Assembly (NCBI GenBank): GCA_041859375.1
Contig: JBHEKP010000286.1
Span: forward strand, 1 to 59,770
DNA: 59,770 nucleotides
Reading direction: 5' to 3'
Origin: Candidatus Hydrogenedentales bacterium
GTDB lineage: Bacteria > Hydrogenedentota > Hydrogenedentia > Hydrogenedentales > CAITNO01
Of the stretch, positions 27,756-37,200 are shown in pieces; the first letter of the stretch is position 1, and each line of letters begins with the position of its first letter. A program made the translations under genes and the position numbers. The notes under the pieces were generated by a model, which was not told where the DNA came from, searched no databases, and saw nothing but the letters and a program-made list of their open reading frames with translations.

Positions 27756-28415
27756 ATGAGACATATTGGGATGATTATGGCGGTTCTGGCGTTGGCATGT
27801 TTTTCGGCGCCCCTGTTCGCCCAGGATGCCCCGGCTGCTGAGAAACCCGCAAAGGCCGGAGAAAAAGCCGACGCGAACAAGGACGGCAAGGTGACTTTCG
27901 ACGAGCTCAAGGCGGTGCGCCCCGAGCTTACCCAGGAGAAGTTCAAGAAAATGGACCATGACGGTGACGGTGTCCTCACCAAGGCGGACCGGCAGGCCAA
28001 GCCGGACGGGGGTGCGGCCAAGGGTGACGCCCAGCACAAACCGGGGGCGTTGCGGGAAAAAATCGCCCAGGCGGACACCAACAAGGACGGCAAGGTGACC
28101 CGTGAAGAAGCCAAGGCGGGCATGCCCAAGATGACCGACGAGCAGTTTGCCAAACTTGACACCAACAAGGACGGCGCTATTTCCAAGGAAGACCGTCCGG
28201 CGGGCGCGGCGGCGCCAACTGCGGCGGGCGTCTCCCCTGAGGCGCGCAAGAAAGCCGCCATGCGCATCACCGAGGCGGACGCGAACAAGGACGGCAAAGT
28301 TTCCCTGGAGGAGGCCAAGGCAAAGTTCCCCAAGATGACTGATGAACGTTTCAAGAAGATGGATCGGAATGGTGACGGTTTCGTCTCAAGGGATGACAGG
28401 AAGAAGGACCAGTAA
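27756..28415 (+). CDS. Secreted calcium-binding protein with six EF-hand loops (three tandem EF-hand pairs)
   Basis: Signal MRHIGMIMAVLALACFSAPLFAQ. Loops are DANKDGKVTFDE, DHDGDGVLTKAD, DTNKDGKVTREE, DTNKDGAISKED, DANKDGKVSLEE and DRNGDGFVSRDD. GGAG lies upstream of ATG 27756. Confidence 0.85.
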   Translation: MRHIGMIMAVLALACFSAPLFAQDAPAAEKPAKAGEKADANKDGKVTFDELKAVRPELTQEKFKKMDHDGDGVLTKADRQAKPDGGAAKGDAQHKPGALREKIAQADTNKDGKVTREEAKAGMPKMTDEQFAKLDTNKDGAISKEDRPAGAAAPTAAGVSPEARKKAAMRITEADANKDGKVSLEEAKAKFPKMTDERFKKMDRNGDGFVSRDDRKKDQ

Positions 28416-28435
28416 TCCGGCGGCATGAATTTCTG

Positions 28436-28475
28436 ACGCGCGGACGGTTTTGACGCCGTCCGCGCGTTTTTTTTA
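28436..28475 (+). terminator. Rho-independent terminator
   Basis: Perfect 12-bp stem ACGCGCGGACGG / CCGTCCGCGCGT (28436..28447 paired with 28456..28467), 8-nt loop, then T9. Confidence 0.8.
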
Positions 28476-28479
28476 TGTC

Positions 28480-28508
28480 TTGACCGGATGCCGCCCGCCC
28501 GGTATCAT
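28480..28508 (+). promoter_or_regulatory. Candidate sigma70-type promoter
   Basis: TTGACC (28480..28485), 17-nt spacer, TATCAT (28503..28508). AAAGGAG lies 9 nt before ATG 28555. Confidence 0.45.
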
Positions 28509-28554
28509 CCCCTTGGGCCGTGGACGGTGAAGCTTTGCAAAGGAGTGATGAAAG

Positions 28555-31521
28555 ATGTGGTTCAGGAACGTTTCGATTGTGTGTGCCGTGCTTGCCACGG
28601 TGGGATGTGTTTGTTTAGCGCAGGCGGAGGAGACCGGCCCGAAGGAGGAAGTTTTCACCGGGGAGCTTCTTTCCTACCCCGGTGCCTGGAGTTTTCAGAT
28701 TCCACGGCACCACATCATCGTGGTGAGCGACGCCCAGCTGGAGGCCCTGTCCAACCCGGATCAGGTGGTGGACCTGAGTCTTACCCATGACAAGCGGGAG
28801 CAGAGCCTGCGCCAGGTATGCGAGCAGGCCAGGGGCATCGGCGCCCGCACCCTTATCATCGCCTTTGACCATTTCTTCTCCCAGTACCGCAAAGGCGCGG
28901 ACAGCGCGCCGCGCAAGCTGATGCCCGACACGCAGGAATACATTGACCGGATAGCGGCAATCAGCAAATTCGCGGGGGAATACGGGCTGGGGCTGGAACT
29001 CAGCCTGCTGACCCCCCTTGAAATCGGTCCGGGGTATGCGGCGGAGACAGGCGAGTCCGGACTGTGGATGCATTACCGCAAGGGGATCCGCGACCCCAAG
29101 TCCGGCGACTACAGCGTTGAACTGTGGCGGCAGACGGGCTGGAGCAACAACAAGGGGCCGGTGGTGTTGAAGGACGCGGGAGTGCGGGTTTTTGCTTTCA
29201 GGGAGCGGGGTGTCCCGGGCAGTTCCTACCGGGCGGTGGATCCGTCGGATATTGTGGAAATCACGGACACGGCAAAGGTGCAGATTTTCGAGGGGTTGCG
29301 GCGCGGCTCTGGCGAATACGGTGCGGTGCGGGTGCGTGTCCATGGCACGGGCGGCGGCGACGGGCGCGACAAGGTGCTGGTGGTGCAGCAATACCACACC
29401 CCCGAGATGGACTACTTCAGTGAAAACGCCCTCCCCTACCTGCAAAAACTGTGCGACCGCTACGCCGACGCCGGAGTGAGGCTCAACGCACTTTACAGTG
29501 ATGAGATGCACATCCAGCAGGACTGGCACTATTTCAGCCACCATGACAACGGCACTTTTGCGCTGCGCTATGTCAGCCCCGGTTTCCAGCGGCGCTTCGC
29601 GGAAAAGTATGGCGCGGAATACGGCGACTTCGCAAAGTACATGATCTATTTCACCACGGGCCAGGAGGACGCGGCGAATGATCTCACGGCCAAACAGGAC
29701 ATCATGCATGTCTTTGGCGGCTCCCCGGAGGAAATCCAGCGGACGGCGCTGTTCCGTTCGCGCTATTACAGAATGCTGCAGGACGGCGTGGTGGATCTGT
29801 TCACAGCCGCAAAGCGGCACATGGAGGGGCGCATGGGCCGTCTGCTGGAGGCGCGCGCCCACGCCACTTGGGCGGAAAGCCCCACCATTGACAAGTGGGA
29901 AACGGGAAGACAGCCCCACCAGCAGCACCAGTATGAGTACACCCCCAATTTTGTCTGGTCCTGCACGGTGCACCAGGCCGCCGCAGCCTGCCAGGATTAT
30001 TTCAAATGGGGTGATTTTCTGACGGGCAACGGCAATGACCATGCCGAGGGCGGCTGGCTGGACCGGAACTACATGGGCCTGTCGCTGGCATGCTCCACGG
30101 GAATCATCAACCGGATTCCCTATTCCTACGGGGCCCACTGGGGCATGCCCGCGGCGGTCAACGAGCGGCGGGACGCACTGGTGAACGCCTTCGGCGCGGC
30201 GGGCGCGCCCTATTACGACATGACCCGGCAAATGCGGCACCGTGACGTGGGGGTGCTGATGCTTTACCCCCTGGATTTGGTGGCTGTGAATGAGCGTTTT
30301 GGCTCATGGATGGTCCAGTACGCCTATGCCAACATGATTACCCAGGCGAAATTGGTGGAGTTGGGCAGGGTGGAAAATGGGGCCATACTGCTCGGCGGCC
30401 GCCGATTTACCACCCTCGCGGCACTTTTTGAGCCATTCCCCTCCAAACAGTTCCTGTCCATGGTGAAAGAGTTCGTCTCCACGGGCGGCAAACTCGTCTG
30501 GTCCGGACCACCGCCGGTGCTGGACACGGATGGGGATTCCGCGCTGGCTCCTTGGTCGGAATTAATGGGGGTGGGTTACACGCCCGGGCAGGATGATGGA
30601 ATTTTAGGCCCAGGCAGGACGATCGCTTTTGGCGGGACGCTGGCCCGGGTGCCGCCGATGACCGTGCTCACCCATTTCACAGTGGATCGCCTGTATCCCA
30701 TAACACCGGGGGAGGGCGTCGAGACGGTGGCAAGTTCCGGACGCCATGTGCTGGGCGCGCTCAAGCACCATGACGGAGGGGGCCTGTCGCTGACCTTGGG
30801 GTTCCGGCCAAGGGACGACCAGTCCGCAAGCCTGGGGTATGAATCACGGCAATGGTTTGAATTGCTCACGGCCATTGGCGCATATCCGGCCACGGGAAAA
30901 TTCCCCGATGTCAATGACAACACGGAATATCTCTCCCGCACCACGCCCTATCTCTGTTGTCGTTTTCCGGATGGCACGGTTGCGGTGGCCCCCCACCTGC
31001 GGGACGTGGAGGAATGCTGGCCCGGCGGCTTCGCCCGCGAAAAGGAAAAAGATGACGAATTGATGAAGGGTGTTGTCCTGCCCACAGACCGGACGGAACT
31101 TGCCGCGTTTAAGGTCAATGGACGTGAGGTGACCTATTCGGGCCGGCTGGCGCTCTCCTTCAATTCAGATGACGGGGGGAATCTGTCCGCGTTCGCCGGG
31201 ATGGATTGCGACCGCATCACAATTAACGGAAAAGAAACGGTGTTTGCCGACAAAAAAATGCCCCTTGTGGCCTGGGCCCCGGTGGAGCAGGGGCGGCGGG
31301 TGGAAAACGGCGCGGTCATGATTCTCTTTTACTGGGGGGAGGGCCTGTTGACACTGCCTGCGCCGGACCTGCCGGAGGCGGTTGCGGTGGTCTGCCAGGG
31401 CGCGTTGCCGGGCAGCCGGGGCGAGGTGATGGAGCACACGCTTGGCAACGGGGTGCTGACGGTTAAGGCCGACGCCGCGCACGCGAACAGGTGGATTTAT
31501 GTGACCTCCCCGTCACATTAA
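28555..31521 (+). CDS. Large secreted protein of unknown function
   Basis: 988 aa with signal MWFRNVSIVCAVLATVGCVCLAQA and balanced amino-acid composition. I recognised no family motif. Confidence 0.7.
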   Translation: MWFRNVSIVCAVLATVGCVCLAQAEETGPKEEVFTGELLSYPGAWSFQIPRHHIIVVSDAQLEALSNPDQVVDLSLTHDKREQSLRQVCEQARGIGARTLIIAFDHFFSQYRKGADSAPRKLMPDTQEYIDRIAAISKFAGEYGLGLELSLLTPLEIGPGYAAETGESGLWMHYRKGIRDPKSGDYSVELWRQTGWSNNKGPVVLKDAGVRVFAFRERGVPGSSYRAVDPSDIVEITDTAKVQIFEGLRRGSGEYGAVRVRVHGTGGGDGRDKVLVVQQYHTPEMDYFSENALPYLQKLCDRYADAGVRLNALYSDEMHIQQDWHYFSHHDNGTFALRYVSPGFQRRFAEKYGAEYGDFAKYMIYFTTGQEDAANDLTAKQDIMHVFGGSPEEIQRTALFRSRYYRMLQDGVVDLFTAAKRHMEGRMGRLLEARAHATWAESPTIDKWETGRQPHQQHQYEYTPNFVWSCTVHQAAAACQDYFKWGDFLTGNGNDHAEGGWLDRNYMGLSLACSTGIINRIPYSYGAHWGMPAAVNERRDALVNAFGAAGAPYYDMTRQMRHRDVGVLMLYPLDLVAVNERFGSWMVQYAYANMITQAKLVELGRVENGAILLGGRRFTTLAALFEPFPSKQFLSMVKEFVSTGGKLVWSGPPPVLDTDGDSALAPWSELMGVGYTPGQDDGILGPGRTIAFGGTLARVPPMTVLTHFTVDRLYPITPGEGVETVASSGRHVLGALKHHDGGGLSLTLGFRPRDDQSASLGYESRQWFELLTAIGAYPATGKFPDVNDNTEYLSRTTPYLCCRFPDGTVAVAPHLRDVEECWPGGFAREKEKDDELMKGVVLPTDRTELAAFKVNGREVTYSGRLALSFNSDDGGNLSAFAGMDCDRITINGKETVFADKKMPLVAWAPVEQGRRVENGAVMILFYWGEGLLTLPAPDLPEAVAVVCQGALPGSRGEVMEHTLGNGVLTVKADAAHANRWIYVTSPSH

Positions 31522-33926
31522 CGGTTTTGCAGCAGCGCCCGGATGTTGTCGGCCTCCTGACGCTGCCAGGCCTTGCGCTTATCCAAAAAACGATTGTAGA
31601 AGGCCAGTTGCCGATCCTGCAATCCCTCGGTGTATTCGCCGAAACAGGGAACCAGCAGGTCAATCCAGCAGGCGATTCGCTCGAGTTCCTCAGGGGAAAG
31701 GACCACCCCGTTGTGGCCCTCCCTGAGCATCCGCATCAGTGGGCTTTTTGCCGCCCCCGCACTGTGGGGGGGCAGCATCTGCGGGGGGGACTGGACGTTG
31801 ATCCAGTTGGTGACACGCCTGTTTGCCAGGGCGCGGTAGGCCGGGCTCCAGGTGCCGGGCGCGCCCTGAAGGCTGAATGCGGCGGGTTTCCCCGCCTTCG
31901 GTGTGCCATAATTCATGAACTCTGGCGCGGTCACCACATCAGGATGGTCTATTGTCAGTGCGCCGGAAGGGCTCACCATGCGGTCCGGTTCGTTAAGAAA
32001 ATGGCACTGAACGCAGTGTTTGTCCAGTATGGGCTGGATTTCCCGGTGGAAACTGAAGCCCCTGCCCCCGTATGGCACCGGTTCCAACACCCTTGGGCCG
32101 CCCTTGAGGGCGACCGCATGGCGCGCGACGGGCGGCGCGCTGTTTTTGCTTTCATGGCAGCCGGCGCAGGAAAACACTTCGCCGGGCTGAACCTGCGCCC
32201 AGCTTCGCATGGTCTGCACCGCCTCGTTGTGTTCATTGAGGGCTTGAAAATAAACGGGCGTCCTTGCCGGGACCTTGAAAAACGCCGAACCATCCCCGGC
32301 AACCGGGACGGTACCCAGCACTTCCTTCACATCCCAGGTGCCCTCAATCGACACCGGTGTGCTGGCCAGGGCCGCCCCGGCCTCCCCCTTGTTGGTGTTG
32401 TATCCCGCCCCCGCCGCGCGGAAATGGAGCGCCACCACCCGAAGTTTGCTGATGGTTCCCCGGGCCACCCCCTGAAGCCCCGGACCGTGGTGGACATCCT
32501 GCACGAAAAAAGCGCCGCTTTCCTGCTGGTAGTCCGCCAGGGTTGGTGTCTCATGCGGAACAGGCCGGTTGTCGATCGGCACGGGCTGGTTGCATGAGAT
32601 TGCGTGATCCCATGCAAGCAGTTCCCGTCGGCCGTCTTTGTGCATCCAGTACAAACCGAAGGGGTCTTTGCTGTTGGCCGGCTTGAAAGCGACAATGAAT
32701 TCTTCCCCGTTTATGGGGTATGGGTACTGGAACTGATCCCCTTCCTGGCCGTAGGCGTCGATTTTGGCGGATGCGGTTGGCCTGACCGGGGCGACAAGCT
32801 GCGCTCCCGCGTTTTCCTGTCGCCCAAGCGAGGGGTCCAGCAGGCCCAGCCACCCCTTTTGGATGGTGTGGTGGCCTGAAAAAACGGCCACCAGTTTTGT
32901 CGTTCCGGGTATGGCCCGCGCATGGAGAATGGCGGTGGGAAACCATGAATTGTTGCCGTAGCACTCCGTCTGGGCGGTGCCGTCCGGCCGCATTTGGAAA
33001 AGGCCCTGCGGGTAAATCTGACCCCGGTCGTTGTAGTCCCAGCGGGTGTACACCACCCGGCCGTCCCAGGTGACGGTGGGGTAGTTGGTGTGCACCTGGT
33101 CATGGGTTATACGGCGCAAAAAACGGCCGTCCGGGCCGCAGGTGTATAAGTTGCTCACCTCCGTCCAAAAACAGTCCACTGTCTGGACACATCGCGTTGA
33201 ATTGAAGAGGATGTCCCCGTTTGGAAGGTACACCCCCTCATAGTCGGCGAAACCGAGGCCGAAGGTTATTTGGCGTGTTGAACGGTCGGCCAGTGTCATC
33301 TCGTAGAGGTGATAATCATCCTGGTCAAGGGATTTTTTCCAGGAGAAGAGCACCCGCTTTCCGTCGCGGGACACGTCCGGGTCCCGGATCACGCCGGTGG
33401 GGTCATCAAAAAGTGTTTCAACAGTGCCCATACCCTGTTCGATGCGGAGCAGGCACAGGCTTGCTCCGGGCGTGAAATGCCGCTCGTTTTGCGCGTCTGA
33501 CTGGCCTTCGGTGTAGGCGTAGTGGGATCCGCCCAAATCGTAGTGCTTGGTGAAGATGATTTGGGGGTGTTTCCCGGCAAGCAGGCGCAACCGTTTTTCC
33601 CGGCGCAGAAGGCAGGCTTTGGCATACAATTGTTCCCACTGTTCATCCGAATGGGGACGGGACGCCTTGCGACCGTTCACTGGGGGTGAGTCTGGTTGTT
33701 CCTGCGGGTTGTCCAGTTCGCTGTATACCGCGCCCAAAACCTCATGCATTTTTTGGGGGGAGGACGCCCCGTCCTGCAACTGCCAGTCAGACAAGACTTC
33801 TTGAGGAATATGCCCGGCAAAAACAGGCATGCAAAATACTGCCAGGCATGCGGCAAGGGTCCATGCCGACAGTGCCGGGGGGAAACTAACGCGAGGTTTG
33901 AAACAGGAGGCGGTGAATGATTCCAT
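31518..33926 (-). CDS. Exported PD40/TolB-like beta-propeller protein with two C-terminal CXXCH motifs
   Basis: Signal-like region after MESFTASCF...LAACLAVFCMPVFA. DPDVSRDGKRVLFSW is a PD40-type block. CAGCH at 32154..32168 and CVQCH at 32001..32015 were verified on the DNA. The track ORF starts at 33977. Confidence 0.75.
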   Translation of the reverse strand: MESFTASCFKPRVSFPPALSAWTLAACLAVFCMPVFAGHIPQEVLSDWQLQDGASSPQKMHEVLGAVYSELDNPQEQPDSPPVNGRKASRPHSDEQWEQLYAKACLLRREKRLRLLAGKHPQIIFTKHYDLGGSHYAYTEGQSDAQNERHFTPGASLCLLRIEQGMGTVETLFDDPTGVIRDPDVSRDGKRVLFSWKKSLDQDDYHLYEMTLADRSTRQITFGLGFADYEGVYLPNGDILFNSTRCVQTVDCFWTEVSNLYTCGPDGRFLRRITHDQVHTNYPTVTWDGRVVYTRWDYNDRGQIYPQGLFQMRPDGTAQTECYGNNSWFPTAILHARAIPGTTKLVAVFSGHHTIQKGWLGLLDPSLGRQENAGAQLVAPVRPTASAKIDAYGQEGDQFQYPYPINGEEFIVAFKPANSKDPFGLYWMHKDGRRELLAWDHAISCNQPVPIDNRPVPHETPTLADYQQESGAFFVQDVHHGPGLQGVARGTISKLRVVALHFRAAGAGYNTNKGEAGAALASTPVSIEGTWDVKEVLGTVPVAGDGSAFFKVPARTPVYFQALNEHNEAVQTMRSWAQVQPGEVFSCAGCHESKNSAPPVARHAVALKGGPRVLEPVPYGGRGFSFHREIQPILDKHCVQCHFLNEPDRMVSPSGALTIDHPDVVTAPEFMNYGTPKAGKPAAFSLQGAPGTWSPAYRALANRRVTNWINVQSPPQMLPPHSAGAAKSPLMRMLREGHNGVVLSPEELERIACWIDLLVPCFGEYTEGLQDRQLAFYNRFLDKRKAWQRQEADNIRALLQNR

Positions 33927-34157
33927 ATCGAGCGTAATTTTCAACAAAATCCTGCTCCTGCACTGATATAATGGCAAAGATTACTGGATATTAGAAGTTT
34001 CTGCAACTAAGACCCGTACAGAGGGAATCTGGTTGAGGGCCCCTTTGTTTTTTTTAAAGTTGAGGATAAAACCCGGAAAAAATTCACGGCTAAACGCCAA
34101 ATTCAGGAAAATGTGGATTTGATGCCGTTTCTGTGATTTTTGCAGAATGATTTTCAC

Positions 34158-34186
34158 TTGACGAAGTTGTCCAGTGTTTCTATAAT
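34158..34186 (+). promoter_or_regulatory. Strong candidate sigma70 promoter for the giant surface protein
   Basis: TTGACG (34158..34163), 17-nt spacer, perfect TATAAT (34181..34186), in a 330-bp AT-rich intergenic region. Confidence 0.55.
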
Positions 34187-34210
34187 CAGGACAAGATTAG
34201 GAGATGCTCT

Positions 34211-37200
34211 GTGAATCAAGACAAGACGCCCGCAAAACCAAGGAAGGGTTGTTTCATGAAAAGACTGACAGCGTTTGGGCTGGCTTTTTTCGTATGCCTG
34301 GGTGTTTCGGCATTCGCCGACCCGGGATCGGATGAGATCGAAATGGGCCGCACAGTCAAATCGCTTGGGCCCGGAGCGGCGGGGTCGTACCTGCTTGAAG
34401 TCTCCGTCACCCTTACCGCCGGGGCGAACATACCCGGGGCGCTGACTGCGCTCGCGGTTCAGGAGGAAATTCCGGCCGGCGCGGCTTTTGATTCGGTTTC
34501 GGCGGACCCGCCCCCGTCGGGTGATGTTCAAATTACGGGTAACACCCTTGATTTCGTGTGGGTAACCCTTCCAGACCTGACGCAGCCTTTCACCTTTTCC
34601 TATGTCCTTGTCGTGACGTCTTTGCAGCAGTCAGACATGATTTCCGGCAGGGTGATTTACAGGACGGATGGCGGCTCACTTGAGTCGGCCACCGTGGAGA
34701 CCCCGGCCAATGCCATCCCCTGCCTTGTGATGACGCGGAATGTGGCGGCGGGTGGATATGTCGCCGGACAGGAGGTTGTTGTTGAGGTGACCGTTGAGAG
34801 TTTCTGCGGTGAGGCGGTGACCGCCCTTGCCGTGGAAGAGCAGCCCCCCGTCGGATGGACCTTTGTTTCCGCCTCCGGTTTGGGTGATCCGGGCGGTGTG
34901 ATAGCCCCTGCTCCCGGCGACCCGGCCCCGCTTCAGTTTATCTGGTTCTCTCCGATTCCCGCTTTTCCCTACACCTTTACCTACACTCTCGCCGTTCCCG
35001 CAGGCTTCACCGGTGATGCGGACATCCTCGGGCAGGCGGTGGGCCGCCTGAGCGGTCCGGAACTCAGGACGAATGTCGTTGGAACAACGCTGGTTTCGCT
35101 GGACGGAACCCCGCCCGAGATTACCCTTATTGGCGCCGACCCCCAGACGGTTGAATGCGGCCAGGCATATGTCGAATCCGGTGCGATCGCCCTGGACAAT
35201 GTGGACGGCAGTGTCACCGTGGACATTGACAGCACCGCGGTGAACACAGCCGTCCTGGGTTCCTACACGGTCAACTATTCCGCGACCGACGCCTCTGGTA
35301 ACACAGCCAACGAGACACGCACCGTTGATGTGGTGGACACCACCATTCCCGTCATTTCATTGAATGGTTCGGCGGCCGAGTCCGTGGCCTGCGGCGGCAG
35401 TTACACTGATCCCGGTGCCACGGCCGCCGACACCTGCGCGGGAACCCTGACCGTCACCGCCACGGGGAGCGTCAACACGGCGGTTCCCGGTGTCTACACG
35501 CTTTCCTACAACGTTTCCGATCCGTCGGGCAACGCGGCGGTTGAGGTGACTCGTGCCGTCACCGTGACCGACACGGTCATTCCGATTGTTTCGCTGAACG
35601 GTTCCCCCACCGAGACAGTCGCCTGTGGCGCATCCTACACGGACCCCGGCGCCACGGCGGTTGACGCCTGCGCCGGTTCGCTCACCGTGGTGACCACGGG
35701 GACTGTGAACACCACGGCTCCCGGTGAGTACACGCTTCGGTACAACGCCTCCGATCCCTCGGGTAATGCGGCGGTTGAGCGCACCCGCACAGTCACGGTT
35801 GTTGACAACACCGTTCCGGTGATCACGCTGAACGGCGCACCCGCCATCAGTGTCCAGTGCGGCGGCGTGTATTCTGATGCGGGTGCGACAGCGTCCGACT
35901 CCTGCGCGGGAACGCTTTCGGTCGTGGTGACCGGTTCCGTGAACGCTGCGGTCCCCGGAACGTACACGCTTCGTTACAATGTTTCGGATCCGTCGGGCAA
36001 CGCGGCGGTTGAGCGTACCCGCACTGTCACTGTGATCGACACCACCGTGCCGGTGATTACATTGAACGGTTCCGCCTCACTGACCGTTCCCTGCGGGGGA
36101 AGCTATTCCGACGCCGGGGCGGCTGTGTCCGACAATTGCGCGGGAACGCTTTCCGCCACGACGACCGGCACGGTGAACACCGCCGTTCCGGGCGTGTACA
36201 CCCTTCGCTACAACGCCTCCGACCCGTCGGGCAACGCTGCGGTTGAGGTGACGCGCACGGTCACGGTGACGGACACGGTGATTCCGGTGATCACGCTGAA
36301 CGGATCACCCTCCCTGACGATCCCCTGCAACAGCTCCTACACGGACGCCGGCGCGACCGCCTTTGACGCCTGTGCGGGTTCGTTGACGGTGGCGACTGCC
36401 GGAGCGGTGAACACTGCTGTTCCGGGCGTGTACACCCTGCGCTACAACGCCTCCGACCCGTCGGGCAACGCTGCGGTTGAGGTGACGCGCACGGTCACGG
36501 TGACGGACACAGTGATTCCGGTGATCACGCTGAACGGTTCCGGCATGATTGACGTCGAATGCGGCGGTGTTTACACAGAGCAGGGCGCTTCGGCGCTTGA
36601 CGCCTGCGCGGGCTCACTTTCTGTCCTGGTTTCGGGGACGGTTGACACGGCACAGCCGGGCACCTACACGGTGGCTTACAATGCCGTTGATCCCTCAGGA
36701 AACCAGGCGGTCGAAGTCACGAGGACGGTGGTTGTTTCAGACACGACAGATCCGGTCATCACCCTTCTGGGCGACAACCCCCTCACGCTTGACTGCGCCG
36801 ATCAGTACACCGACCCCGGCGCGGGTGCTTTGGACGCCTGCGGCGGTGTCGTGGACGTTGTCACTGACGCGTCCAATGTTGACGTCACCTCATCCGGTTC
36901 CTATTTGGTCACCTTCACCGCCACTGACGACAGTGGCAACACCGCGACAGCTTCGCGAACGGTTTATGTGACCGGTCCCTCCTGCGCCGAAGGCGAAGGT
37001 GAAGGAGAGGGTGAAGGCGAAGGTGAAGGTGAGGGAGAGGGTGAAGGTGAGGGAGAGGGCGAAGGTGAGGGTGAAGGCGAAGGCGAAGGCGAAGGCGAGC
37101 CGGGATTCTGTGATTTGACCGGGTTGGAAATCCTTAGACCGGTTGGGGATGTGTTTGTGCCCTTCAGCCAGGGGGCCGCAACAACCACGATCCTCTCCCA

